A DNA stretch of 64,000 nucleotides, taken from positions 41,664,001 through 41,728,000 of the forward strand of contig OX597819.1 in assembly GCA_951406725.2 (NCBI GenBank), in the 5' to 3' direction. Source of the stretch: Octopus vulgaris. Its lineage: Eukaryota. The position numbers and the translations under genes are program-made. How positions within the stretch are numbered: the stretch's first letter is position 1; the number at the start of each line of letters is the position of its first letter. Shown in pieces: positions 38,660-52,848 of this stretch. Under the pieces are notes generated by a model. That model did not search any database. It was given only the letters and a program-made list of their open reading frames with translations, and was not told where the DNA came from.

Positions 38660-40192
38660 TTAATTAGGTTTGTCCGGTGGAGGGGGACCCTCCACCTTTT
38701 TCTGATCCAGGGTCGGAGGTGGACGGTCTTGGGAAATAGATTTGTCAAAATCCCGTCTCACCACCGACACAGAATTATCAGGTGGAGGGGGAATCTCCAC
38801 CTTTTCCTTTTCTCGCGGGATCGGAGCTGGTAATCCATGAAATATCGACTTGTTAAAATCTAATCTCAATGAAGATACAGTCTTTCTGTACTTATTTTGT
38901 AGAATTCTATAAGTCTTATTTGAGACTTCATATATGTCGTAATTGATAAATTCCTCTGAAAGGTTATCAATTTTTTTTACAGTCTTTATGAGTTGAATGT
39001 CTCTCATGAGCTCAGTATCTTTAGTGTATACGGCTATTATGCCTTTTTCTTCTTTTTCTCTTCTGGCAGTCTTTTTTGGTCGTTGTTCTGTAGTAGTCGC
39101 CTCTCTCGGCTGGGTTGCTGGTTGTATTTTTCTTTTGTTTGTTGTTTTTTTCTCATCTGTTTCTTCTTTATCTTCTTCCTCTTTGTCTTTTTTCTCCTCT
39201 TCCTCCTCTTCTTCATTTTCCTTGCAGTTCCTTCTGAATGTGGCCTAATTGACCACATAAAAAACATCGAGGTTTTCGGCCCTCAACAAACACCACGAGG
39301 TTCTCCTCCCCTACCTCAATTGTCTCAGGAATTGTTTGAATTATTTTAGGGTCCGCTTGAATGAGAAGATTAATTGTTTGACCATCCCAGCGTGGGTTTT
39401 CCGTAGCGGTAGCCTGGAGGAGAGTAATTTTTTCTACCTCTTTGATTAGGACTGCCGCCAACAACCACATAGGTTCGACCTCTGGTGGGACCCTTGTAAT
39501 TTTTATTCGCGACGTCCTCATCCCCATATAATAGGGGATTAACTCCACGTCGTTCGTTTTCAACGTTTCAACTGAGTTCTTATGTGCTATTTCTTTATTG
39601 GTGAACCTTACTTACACCGTTCCGAATTTTTTTCCTCTTCTCAGAAATACTACGTCGCCCAATATTGGCTTTAAGCACTTTTCTATTTTCTCTTCTGACA
39701 TTCTTTCAATTTTTCTTTTTTGTAGACAATATGTTTTGAAAATTATTGTTTTTTTGCTTTTCTTCCTGTAATAACTTTTGCGGAGGTTCAATTTTCACAC
39801 CGTTGTCAGTTATTTCCATCATTTTGCTGTATTTCATAATTTCGCTTTTATTCGTCGACAGTATCTGGGTTCCACCCCCAGCAGCCAACGCAAACCTTTT
39901 TTTTTCCATTTTTTGGTTCTATCTGGATGCTAGGCACATCAATTATTCTCTTCGACACAATGCCTTTGTTCTCTGGCAAAGTCGGAAACTCTTCTGGTGA
40001 AAGTTCTGACGAGCTCTCAGACACATCTCCAAAAATATCAAATATATTATCCTCTCTGCTATTCCTTCTTGTAGCGGGAGAAACCCCTATTTCCTTGTCT
40101 GTAGTTAGCTCCTCGCCGGACATGTATTTCCTCCTCTCAACAGGAGAAACAAGTATTTCTGCTCCAACGGTAGGCTCCATGCTAGACGACAT
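38660..40192 (-). pseudogene. LINE ORF1 (Tx1-type, zinc knuckle), disrupted
   Basis: Fragments in several frames with CFLCGQLGH knuckle. Homologous to ORF1 at 59015. Contains an in-frame TAA in GTV*VRF. Confidence 0.8.
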
Positions 40193-40814
40193 TCTTTCCC
40201 CCAAAGGGGGAATGAACAACGCGTGCTACCACAAGCACTAAGTGTTTTCAATTGAAAACTCCAACAGTTAAGTTATTCAACAGTTTAACAAGAAACAATA
40301 GTTGTTAACAATATTAACACCACGAAACAGCAATTCTTACTTCACGAACACATGTGCGACAGACGAAATACGGCTACGCATTTCGTCCGGCGTGCTAACG
40401 TTTCTGCCAGCTCGCCGCCTTTTGAAATGAAGTGTATTGCTCAAGAGCACAATGCATCACCCAGTCAGGGAATCGAACCCAAGATCTACCGATCCTGAGT
40501 GCAACAGCCTAATCACTAGGCCACACGCCTTCACTTGTGGGGAAAATATTGGTTTCAAATTTTGGCATAAGTCGATTAGATTGACCCCAATGTCAAACTG
40601 GTACTTATTTTATCGTTTGTCTATGTCACTTAAGATATACCAGTTATCTTGCCAGCCATGACATTTTATTCTTTTTTTATTCCTTTTAACATCCTGGTTT
40701 AAAATTACAATTTTTTAAAAAGAAAAACACTGATTAAATATAATACAACTAATAAGCTATAGGTTACTCTAATATTCTACAATAATAAAATAAGATAAAG
40801 AAAAAAGTTATTCA

Positions 40815-41180
40815 AGCGTGGCTGTGTGGTAAGTAGCTTGCATACCAACCACATGGTTCTGGGTTCAGTCCCACTGCGTGGCACCTTGGGCAAGAGTCTT
40901 CTACTATAGCCTCGGACCGGACAAAGCCTTGTAAGTGAATTTGGTAGACGGAAACTGAAAGAAGCCCGTCGTATATATGTGTGTGTGTGTGCGTGTGTTT
41001 ATGTCTGTGTTTGTTCCCCCAACATCGTTTGACAACCGATGCTGGTGTGTTTACGTCCCCATAACTTAGTGGTTCGGCAAAAGAGACAGATAGAATAAGT
41101 CCTGGAGTCGATTTGCTCGACTAAAGGCGGTGCCCCAGCATGGCCGCAGTCAAATAACTGAAACAAGTTAAAGAATAAAA
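40815..41180 (+). mobile_element. SINE family 1
   Basis: Family 1 head, body and tail. Confidence 0.8.
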
Positions 41181-42102
41181 GGATATAGATACAGAATGAA
41201 TATGAAATACGAAGTATTAAATATATAAACTACATAATGTTGGGAATCACTTGTTCATTATAACGTGAAGCAAAGAACCAAAAACATTTTCACATAACGA
41301 CGCTGCCAGCTCGTCGCCTTAAGAGGGGCAGATAATGTTTATGGCACTGGTGGTGTCATAGACTTCATAAGTCTGTGGCCATACTGGGGCACCGCCTTCG
41401 AGTGTTTAATCCAGTAAATAGACCCCAGTACTTATATTTTTTAAAGTTTGATACAAAAACATGTCTGTTTACATACAAGGAAAGTTTTGATATTTGCTTT
41501 TGCACTGAAATAAGTAACACATAATATTTGTATTATAGTATGTACGCATGTGTGTAACGAGAACAGTCATTTTGAGAATGTGTATGTGATAAAATATCTT
41601 CGTTTACCAACCAGATATCTTGTGTCGAGGTGAATAAGCATGTGAGTCACACGTGGGAGATTGCGCGTGGAGCTGCAATGAAGACATGTGTCTTTGACCA
41701 AAACCTGGCTGGAACTGAGACCGTTTCTACAGTGTAGCTCAGAACGAGGCTAGTGTCTCAGAACGAAGCTACTGTATCAAAGCGAGACTAGACGCCTCAT
41801 CGATATATTCGTCTACTGGGCAGGTCGACTCACATATTACTATGCCTAATTTATGTAGCTCTGCTACAAAATCAACAGACTAGATATATGAAAAGATTGT
41901 TAAACAAGGAGACTGACACATTAGTTTAAGACTTTGTCTTTGCTCTCAGTTCTTTTAGCTGACCTAGATGACCCAGGTGATCCAGTTCTTTATGGTTCTA
42001 TAGCATGTTAACATCCATCAATTGTAATTATATACAATCGTTTTCAAATGTTTTTTTCCGGGATTTTTTTCAAGAATAAGCTTTGAGCTTATCCTTGTAC
42101 AT

Positions 42103-42484
42103 GGAAGCATTCCGTCGGTTACGACGATGAGGGTTCCGATTGATCCGATCAACGGAACAGCCTGCTCGTGAAATTAACGTGTAAGTGGCTGAGCACTCCA
42201 CAGACACGTGTACCCTTAACGTAGTTCTCGGGGATATTCAGCGTGACACAGAGAGTGACAAGGCCGGCCCTTTGAAATACAGGTACAACAGAAACAGGAA
42301 GTAAGAGTGAGAGAAAGTTGTGGTGAAAGAGTACAGCAGGGATCACCACCATCCCTGCCGGAGCCTCGTGGAGCTTTAGGTGTTTTCGCTCAATAAACAC
42401 TCACAACGCCCGATCTGGGAATCGAAACCGCGATCCTACGACCGCGAGTCCGCTGCCCTAACCACTGGGCCATTGCGCCTCCAC
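42103..42484 (-). mobile_element. Young tRNA-derived SINE family 4
   Basis: Head GGAGGCGCAATGGCCCAGTGGTTAGGGCAGCGGACTCGCGGTC...GGTTTCGATTCC. 10-bp TSD CCTTGTACAT. Confidence 0.85.
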
Positions 42485-43014
42485 CCTTGTACATATGCTA
42501 TGGTCTTTCTAGGCTTCTCTTTCGACCATGGAGCTGGCCATACATCAGAACTGTTGGAATTGTGTCGTCACAAATCATTCGGACAACATGACCAATCCAT
42601 CTTAATTAGGATAGCAATCGAAAAGATTCAATACCACCAAGTTTACATTTAGAGAATATGTCAATATTCAAAATTCTGTCATGCAGGGTGTATCTGCAAA
42701 TGGTCCGAAGACACCGCTTACGAAAGACATACATATATTTGTGTGTACATGTGTGTGTGTGTGTGTGCGCGCGTGTGTATGTATGGAAGAGCATGATTTA
42801 GGGATTAGAGAGTTCTACGCATGATCGTAAGATTGTGGTATCGTTTCCTGGACCGGGCGATGCGCTGTGTTCTTACTCCTGTAACGTTCGTACTCCAGTC
42901 CATTCAGCTGGCAAAAATTAGTAAGCCTGCGGCGAACTGTGAGTGATATATATGCCATGGAATCCGAGAAACCGGTTTGATGAGTCTATGACTTGGAAAG
43001 TTCCATTGGTCCCT

Positions 43015-43072
<58 letters not shown>

Positions 43073-43339
43073 AGGGACCAATGGACCTTATATATATATA
43101 TAAAGGGGCAGGCAACAGGTTGCTTAGCTACATACCGAAAAATTAGAAACAGCAGTCAAAGACTGTTTATTTCTATTTTCTACAAATGAGACTTCACATA
43201 CGACATATACAAAATATATATTGAACTTTTTTTTATAAAAGTTCCTACCGTTAATGGTTATATTTACATGCCGAAATCTACCCGTAAATAATTATTGTTG
43301 TTTTTTTTTTAAACTATTAAAACTATTATTTACTCTTAT

Positions 43340-43378
<39 letters not shown>

Positions 43379-43570
43379 CGAAACACGCATTGAGTCGAAC
43401 CAGGGGCAGCTGATGAAGGGGAATATTCTTTGTATTTTTTGTCTTGTCCTCTGTTTTTTCGTTGTTAAAAAAAGTCCGTTTCCTTGTTTGATTTTATGTT
43501 TTCGTTTCCCGTTGTGTTCTACGTTTATTTGTGGTGTCCTGTACTCACACACACACACACACACACACAC

Positions 43571-43632
<62 letters not shown>

Positions 43633-43927
43633 TGTATATATATATATCGATGTAGGTATGTACATATATGTATGCATGTTTTATTTATTAAATTGTTATT
43701 ATCTATATATATATATATATGAGAGGTATTGGTATCCAGAAGACCCAAGGTAGCACGTAAAGCTATGTAAGTGCCATGGAAGAAGCATAGTTAAGCTCCC
43801 GGTTTGATAATAATATGAGTGAGGAGTCTAATGCGGGTCTTGTATGAGCATGTATATGTTAAATAAAATGACACAACAAAGCCAAGGTTGTGTGAAATTT
43901 TCAGTACATTTATAAAGAGAAAGTTAG

Positions 43928-43973
43928 TCTTACAGCTGTTTCTGGGATATTAGGGATATTCCTTCATCAGAGA
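43928..43973 (-). ncRNA. Minimal type-I hammerhead motif with intact catalytic core
   Basis: TCT-CTGATGA-a-GGAATAT/ATATCCC-a-GAAAC-AGCT-GTA-AGA. Palindromic stem III ACAGCTGT and GUA triplet. Confidence 0.65.
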
Positions 43974-44100
43974 AGATGTGAAATGGTTAAATAGGGGGAA
44001 ATAGTAGAACTCAATATAAGGTGTCATTTTGGAAAAGGATGGAAATGAGTATAAAGGGAAATAATGGAATAATTGTACAAATAAAAATGTATTTAGGGTG

Positions 44101-44144
<44 letters not shown>

Positions 44145-44278
44145 GCATACATATGTATGTATTTGTATGTGTGTGTATGTGTGTGCACGCACGCGCATGC
44201 ACACGTTACACCACTGCATGCAAATGAAAACAAGCTTAGAATATCGAAATCTTTCGTTTCGGTCACACTGATAGGCTC

Positions 44279-44710
44279 AGGCGTGGCTGTGTGGTAAGAT
44301 GCATGCATCCCAACCACATGCTTCCGGGTTCAATCCCATTGCGTAGCACCTTGGCTAAGTGTCTTCTACTATAGCCCCAGGCCGAGCAAAACCTTTGTGA
44401 GTGGATTTGATAGACGGAAACTGAAAGAAACCCGTCGTATACATGTGTGTGTGTATGTGCGTGTGTGTGTGTGTGTGTGTGTGCACGTGAGTGTATGTGC
44501 GTGCGTGCGCAGGTCTTTGTATCTCTGTTCCCCACACCACTTAACAACCAGTGCTTGTTTATTTGCGACCCCGTAATCTAGCGCTTCGGCAATAGAGAAC
44601 GATATGATAAATACCAGACTTTAAAATAAGTACTGAAGCCAATTTCTTCGGCTAAAACTCTTCAAGAGTGTGCTCCAGAATGGCTGCAGTCCAGTAAGAG
44701 ATCAAAGAGA
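44279..44710 (+). mobile_element. SINE family 1 (older)
   Basis: Diverged family 1 copy. Confidence 0.75.
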
Positions 44711-45268
44711 AAAAGAAATGTGTGAGCCAACAATTTATATAGCTTTGTAAATAAGAGACCAATCCTCTTTAAATGTCAAAATCCATTGATTGCTGAAAAC
44801 AGAAATAAGTCTAAGTAATCAAAAAGAAAAAATTAACGTGAAGGAGTGTATCGCAGTAGAACCAGATAAAAGATCTGTTTAGAGACGGATATATCAATGT
44901 GTGCAACCCGCAGCAGGGCGCCGCCAAATAAAGTGTATTTCACGAAAATTAAATCCTTTAGTTTCTCTACAGCTACGCAGTTTACGACTTAAGATAAAAA
45001 GAAAAGGGAAGAAATATGTTTCTAAAACTATGAACTATTTTTCTAAGAAACTTCCTATCTTTTTAAGAAATTTCGCAGAATATTGAATTTAGCTTAATTT
45101 ATTTGTGTCTCGAGTTATGCCGTGTTGGTGATTCCAAGGGAAGATGAAATAGTGCTATACATGACTGCCAACGACTAAAAACTTTAAGAATTTTATATTA
45201 TGTCAGAGAAAAAAGATTTAGGTATGCATGTTCTTCAACTTAACTTAGTTTAATCCAGAAGAGATTTT

Positions 45269-45702
45269 GGATCTTTTCGGTTTGAACGGCAGTTTTTTCT
45301 AGCGGTGTCATATGAAATTGTCACCCATAATTATGACCCTAGTATCGATCTATTGCATTTCAATCTATTTTAGGGTTAGGGTTAGTTAGGGTTATGGTTA
45401 GGGGTGGGGGGAAGGGTATCTTATTTTTCTTCACAAATGTAAATAAACCCAATCTGTTTCTTAAACGAGGGACATATTCATACGGCACAGAATGTTTTTT
45501 ACCTGAATAGACGTCACTGATTGGTTGAAATTGCAGAAATTGAAGAAAAAAAGCAACAAATATCTTACAAACTATAGAATTTTCTCAATAAAGCCAAGAG
45601 AAAAAGATGCTTTATAAACACATTCTACCAGTATACGAAGTTTAAAATTTTTTAGTTGCCTAGAAATTATGTTAAAAACTGCTGTTCAAACCGAAAAGAT
45701 CC
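45269..45702. mobile_element. MITE with GG termini and 8-bp TSD (Merlin-like)
   Basis: TIR GGATCTTTTCGGTTTGAAC(G/A)GCAGTTTT, TSD GAGATTTT on both sides, internal TTAGGG-like repeats. Confidence 0.8.
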
Positions 45703-45968
45703 GAGATTTTTCTCCTCTGATAGTAAATCACCAGAAGTAAACTACACGTTCATAATAACAATTTTTTCACCATTCGTCTCCTACGATCTATGTTTGTGCT
45801 TTTATACACCAACCGCCTGTATGAGAGGATCTCTCAAGGCTAATATCGCAGTATTCGATATTCTAACTAGGCATTCATGTTTAGTTGGATATAAAAATTG
45901 TCTTTTGGTATTAATACTGCTTCCATCATTAATAACAAGTTATATATTTTCAATTATATATTAATGAA

Positions 45969-46000
<32 letters not shown>

Positions 46001-46004
46001 AAAG

Positions 46005-46674
46005 CAGTGGTTCTCAACTAGGGTCCTTATGACCTTTAAGGGTTCACATAAGACTTTGTTGTTAAAATTTATGGCAGAAACGAAGGCGGCGAACTGGCAG
46101 AATCGTTAGCACACCGGGCGAAATGCTTGGCGGTATTTCGTCTGTCTTTACGTTCTGAGTTCAAATTCCGCCGAGGTCGACTTTGCCTTTCATCCTTTCG
46201 GGGTCGATAAATTAAGTACCAGTTACGCACTGCGGTCGATCTAATCGACTTAATCCCTTTGTCATTCCTTGTTTGTCCCCTCTATGTTTAGCTCCTTGTG
46301 GGCAATAAAGAAATAAGAAACGTTAGCACACCGGGCGAAATGCTTGGCGGTATTTTGTCTGTCTTTACGTTCTGAGTTCAAATTCCGCCGAGGTCGACTT
46401 TGCCTTTCATCCTTCCGGGGTCGATAAATTAAGTACCAGTTACGTACTGGGGTCGATCTAATCGATTAGCCCCCTCCCCGAAAATTTTGTGCCTTGTGCC
46501 TAGAGTAGTAAAGAATAACGTGATTATATTTCTACAATACACAAAAGTTTTAAACAATTTTCTCATAAAATTCCATAGAATATATAATAAGGCTTTTTAA
46601 AACACCAGATAACTGTGAGGGTCCATAGGTATCAAAGGGCTCCATAGGTAAAAAAAATGGGTTGAGAACCTCTG
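46005..46674. mobile_element. hAT-Charlie-like MITE containing nested SINE family 2 copies
   Basis: TIR CAGTGGTTCTCAAC / GTTGAGAACCTCTG. TSD CTCTAAAG / CTCTGAAG. Confidence 0.75.
46083..46315 (+). mobile_element. Full-length Tx1-tailed SINE family 2 inserted in the head of another family 2 copy
   Basis: AGAAACG duplicated at 46076-46082 and 46316-46322. Tail TTTAGCTCCTTGTGGGCAATAAAGAAATA. Confidence 0.75.
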
Positions 46675-47639
46675 CTCTGAAGCAATAATTGTTTCATTTA
46701 TTGTATTATTATAATTAGGGCATCGTGAGTTGTGAATAAAATACATGTACGAGTTCCGTGTGTGTGTATATGTGTGTGTTTTCAGGGATTGGGGAGAATC
46801 GTTTGAGGGTCCTATTTTGGGATATGTTTGGGGACCCCTGCACCGCAAGGAAAAAATAAGTAAAAATGTTTTAAGCGACTGGCTGGGAGTGTCCCTTAAT
46901 GTTTCACCTCTGTTTTTTCGTCTTTTTTTTTTTTTTGTTATCTTAGTCGAGAGAGAAAGGTAGTACTTAAGTCCTATACAGTGACACTGAGACTGGTAGG
47001 AAAGAAAGGGGAAAGTATCCTTGTTTCTGAAACCTGATTACCCGCAACAGAGTGAATGCAGCTAAAAAGAAATAAAAGAACGTAAAAGATGTCAGCTGAT
47101 GGTGTTGAACCGGGTGACAGATTAAGTCTACCATCCGAGTAGTTCATGATGAGATCTGAACTCGGAACACAAAAGAAACTGAAATGTAAACACATGAACA
47201 AAATTAGAACAAAAGCAACAACAACAAAAACAAAATACAAATTACAAGAACGTATATAAACAGAAGATACAAATATTACAGGCATCCCCCCCACACACAC
47301 ACTAAATAAACATAGACGCACATAGAGATATAAGCATGCGCAAATGAAGACATACAATAGAAATACAAAATGGCTGACGGTTAGTAAGGAGAGACACAAA
47401 TAAGTGAGAAGAAAACAAAGGACCACTGATGCGGTCACAGGAGTGTGACGAAAGAACTTTGGCCGAAATAAGATTAAGATTAATGTAAAAAATAAATATC
47501 ACTGAAGCAAAATAACACCAAATATATAGTGCGTGTGTTTTTATTGGCTAAACTGGCAATATGACCATTCCGAAATATAACAATATCTGTTTCAACACAC
47601 GACTTCACATAAAAAATCTTGCACAACAAATATTTAAAC

Positions 47640-47686
<47 letters not shown>

Positions 47687-47800
47687 GGAGTAAACACATA
47701 AATGTGAAACAAGGTGGAAGAAAGAGTACTCAAATACCAAGGGTAGACTAATATGCTTTATTTAAAAGCAGCAGAAATTCAACAAAACCTCGTCGGACAG

Positions 47801-47867
<67 letters not shown>

Positions 47868-48312
47868 TGGGGTGGGTGCTTTGGACACGCGCATCTATTC
47901 ACCCAGCGGGACACCTATGATTCTAATTGCTGAAAGCGATAAAGGCGTACGCCAGAACTAGGCTGGTACAAATTTTAAGTTGTATGGACAGGAGCAACTT
48001 GAAATGAAGAGCCTTGATTAGGGACAAAACACGCCTTCCACTCCAGGAACCGAATTCACTACATTTATGAGCTAAAGGCCAGTGACCTAACCACAATTCC
48101 GTGCGCTCTTCCCAACTAAAAGTAAAATTTCATTTGACTGAGAATTTTCTATCAGGATACATCATTCAATGCCTCACCATCACACTCTCATTTATCATTC
48201 TTTTAAAAGTATTAATATTAGAATTGGAAGAGAAGTGAAGAGTTTTTTTGAGTAGGAAAGCGAAACCGGATCGCGTACACACCACGCGGGATACTTATCA
48301 CAACAGAACGGC

Positions 48313-48585
48313 CAATGGTTCCGAAAGTGGGCAGTACTGTCCCCTTGGGGGCGGTGGAAAGATCCAGGGGGCGTTGAAGAAAAGCGGGGTGATAATGGGG
48401 TGGCCAAAATAGGGTGATAGATGTAAATATATATATATATTAATAGCTTAATTAGGTTTAAGTTTTATTTGTGAAATGCAGTTGTTTTGAATTTGTCTAC
48501 ATTTGTGGTGGGGAGTGTGAGGAGGCGCTAGGAATGTGGCCTGGGTATCTAGGGTCGGTAGCCTGAAAAAGTTTGGGAACTACTG
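48313..48585. mobile_element. hAT-like MITE
   Basis: Imperfect TIR CAATGGTTCCGAAA / TTTGGGAACTACTG. TSD not clear. Confidence 0.5.
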
Positions 48586-48785
48586 GTGTAGGCCAGTACT
48601 CTTTTTACTAGTAACGTGACTAACGTGACAACGAAATTAGCTGTGCTTGTTAAAGGCGGGTTGCAAAGCAAAACATTGTATTCAACTATTTTGTTTACAA
48701 GGTTTTCATAATATGCTCATTCAAAGCTGTCAACAGAGTTCTCAATATTGTAAACGTTTCGAAATAGCCAAATAAAAACAACCAT

Positions 48786-48832
<47 letters not shown>

Positions 48833-48981
48833 TTGTGCGTGCGTGCGTGTGTAGTTAAATATATATATGTATGTGTATACGTATGTATATATATATGTAT
48901 ATTTACATATCTAAGTATACACACACATACATACATACATGCATACATACATACATATGTATATATATATGTATATATATG

Positions 48982-50420
<1,439 letters not shown>

Positions 50421-50488
50421 CCTCATTGAGAATAATTCACTTGATTTGAACCCCTGTGATGCCGGAATTTTTATTCCCTAATAAATAA

Positions 50489-50570
<82 letters not shown>

Positions 50571-50661
50571 CGAGGTATAAACAGTAGCTGCACGACAATG
50601 TGAAGTATATTTGTCACTTAAAAGTGGCAAATATACTTCACATATATCTATATTATATATT

Positions 50662-50915
50662 TAGGGTGGGGAAGCAAAACTTGCACTAAAAGTGACACTA
50701 TTTCACAGCAACTACTATACCAAATCATATGAAACCTAATGCAGAACAAAGAATACACTTCTATATTTAAGAGATGAGGAATTATGTACATTATTTACAT
50801 TTGACGGATATTTGTCCTCATCTTGTTTGTTTAGGCTGATATACCGTCCAGCTTTCATCAGGTGTCTTGGGGAAATTTCGAACCTGGATTCTCATTCCTA
50901 AGGTATTTTTCGATG

Positions 50916-50981
<66 letters not shown>

Positions 50982-51374
50982 TCACTGCCTGGAATTGAAC
51001 TCGGAATCTTGGTGTTAGTAGCCCGCGCTCTTAACCACTACGCCACTACGCCATATGCCCGTGGACTAGACCATGTGGAGTATTTTGGAGCATGCCACCA
51101 ACAAAACCTCCTACCCAACATCAACTCTCTTAAGGCAGCCATCAATGAGAAGTGGATCATGATGTCCAGTGACTTCTTGGTGAAGAGTTTTGCGGGGTTC
51201 TGGGATCGTACGGAGGCTATAATTGCAAACAATGAAAACCACACAGAATAAACTATTCGTTTTGTAATGATGTGAACGTTATTAACCTATTTTTGAATTA
51301 CGAAACCTATTGAAGCGCAATTAGAGTTTCAAATGTTACAACACTTTTGCAAGTTTGGCTTCTTCCACGCCCTG
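50662..51374 (+). mobile_element. Internally deleted Tc1/mariner-superfamily element with a SINE family 3 inserted
   Basis: Imperfect TIRs AGGG.G.GGAAG..AAACTTGCA..AAAGTG. Transposase C-terminus NINSLKAAINEKW...RTEAIIANNENHTE*. Confidence 0.65.
50757..51062 (-). mobile_element. SINE family 3 (hammerhead 3' half deleted)
   Basis: Homologous to 113-376. Retains GACAC-CTGATGA and stem II but lacks GAAAC..GTGTT. Confidence 0.8.
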
Positions 51375-51641
51375 AATATCGTCAATGAATCATATATTTT
51401 AAAAAGAAGCACACTCTAAAGTATATTAAAGTAATAAAGTTAATATCCGTTCATAGAGTAACCAATGGTTTCATATTCACAAAAGCTTTAGCCTCGCGGA
51501 CGTGTCATCAGTCTTTATATGTGCATGTATGTGCATATATGCACACAAATATACACACACATAAACATACACACGCCCTCCCCCCCCCCCACACACATAC
51601 ATACATACATACATACATACATACATACATACATACATACA

Positions 51642-51677
<36 letters not shown>

Positions 51678-51823
51678 TATGACGGGCTTCTGCACAATTT
51701 TCGTGAACCGAATATCAACCATAGACTATAGTAGAAGACACTACCGCAAAGTGCTGCGCTGCATGAACGAATCCAGGAACACTCTCTTCTGAAATGAACG
51801 ATATATATATATATATATATATA

Positions 51824-52168
51824 TAGCTGAAGGATTAAAATTAATCAAAGGACATACTAAGTATGTCTACCTGCAGGAAATAACAGTCAAAACTCTTATT
51901 TAAATCACCGAAATACACTGATAACTACAGAAATCAAGCGTCCGACGGCAAACAGACTATGACAGCCTCCCAACGTACATTTAAGTATTTAAGTATTTAA
52001 ATACTTAAATGTACATTGGGACATTGTCTTAGCCCGTTTGCCGTCGGACGGTTGATTTCTGTAGTTATTATCTGTGTATTTTGGTGATTTAGATAAAAGT
52101 TCTGACTGTTATTTCCAATAATTAGACATACTTAGTATGTCCTTTGATTAATTTCAATCCTTCAGCTA
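51824..52168. repeat. ~345-bp near-spacerless palindrome (foldback element)
   Basis: AGCTGAAGGATT...GGACATACTAAGTATGTCTA...CCGACGGCAAAC arm mirrored around TTAAGTATTTAAATACTTAA. Confidence 0.9.
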
Positions 52169-52595
52169 TTTAATGCTTTTTAGGGCCTGCAAATGCCCAT
52201 ATTATTGATTCTGTTATTATCGTTTTTAAATTGTTACACTAGATAATAACAGAGTCAATAGTATTTTCGCAAATTATTCTTTCGTGAATTATTTGTTACT
52301 GGAACACCGCTTTAAAGGCTTTTTTAAGTTGAAGTAATCGACCCCAGGACTTATTCTTTGTAAGCCAAGTATTTATTCTATCGTTCTCCTTTACCGAACC
52401 CTTAAGTTACGGGTGCGTAAATATACCAACACTGGTTGTCAAGCGATGGTGGGGGGACAAACACCAACGCAAAGACACTCACATAAAAATATACATATGT
52501 GTGAGTACGACAGGCTTCTTTCAGTTTCCGTCAACTAAATCCACTCATAAGGTTATAGTAGAAGCAAGTTTCTCACCACACAACCACGCCTACGC

Positions 52596-52656
<61 letters not shown>

Positions 52657-52848
52657 GTTCATAGGGTTACAATCCAAGCTGTGTCTTCGTGAAGCACACC
52701 CGCTTATTCCAGTATTCCAAAATTGTTCGTAGATGTTAAAGTTGTGTAAGTTACGCACGCATGTGTTCAAAGATACGGAAAATAGTTTTTGTCTTTTTTG
52801 CAGAATAATTATATATGAAAACAAGAGATTAGAAAAAAAAATTGACAT

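Larger units (their letters stand above)
35007..40359 (-). mobile_element. Apparently full-length Tx1/L1-clade LINE inserted in a SINE family 2 copy
   Basis: 13-bp TSD CAGACGAAATACG (34994-35006 / 40360-40372), ORF1 plus ORF2. Host SINE halves lie at 40360-40400 and ~34850-35006. Confidence 0.93.

Noticed and set aside
41530-41870. CpG-rich segment resembling a solo LTR
   Set aside because: No convincing TG...CA ends with a TSD were found.
43380-43545. CTGATGA-containing repeat, also near 28290 and 57545
   Set aside because: There is no correctly ordered stem II-GAAA-NUH, so it is not called as a hammerhead.
45369-45412. TTAGGG repeats suggesting an interstitial telomere
   Set aside because: They are short, degenerate and internal to both MITE copies.
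46974-47460. 154-aa hydrophobic minus-strand ORF
   Set aside because: T-rich low-complexity composition, non-ATG start and no motif. Probably a repeat UTR.
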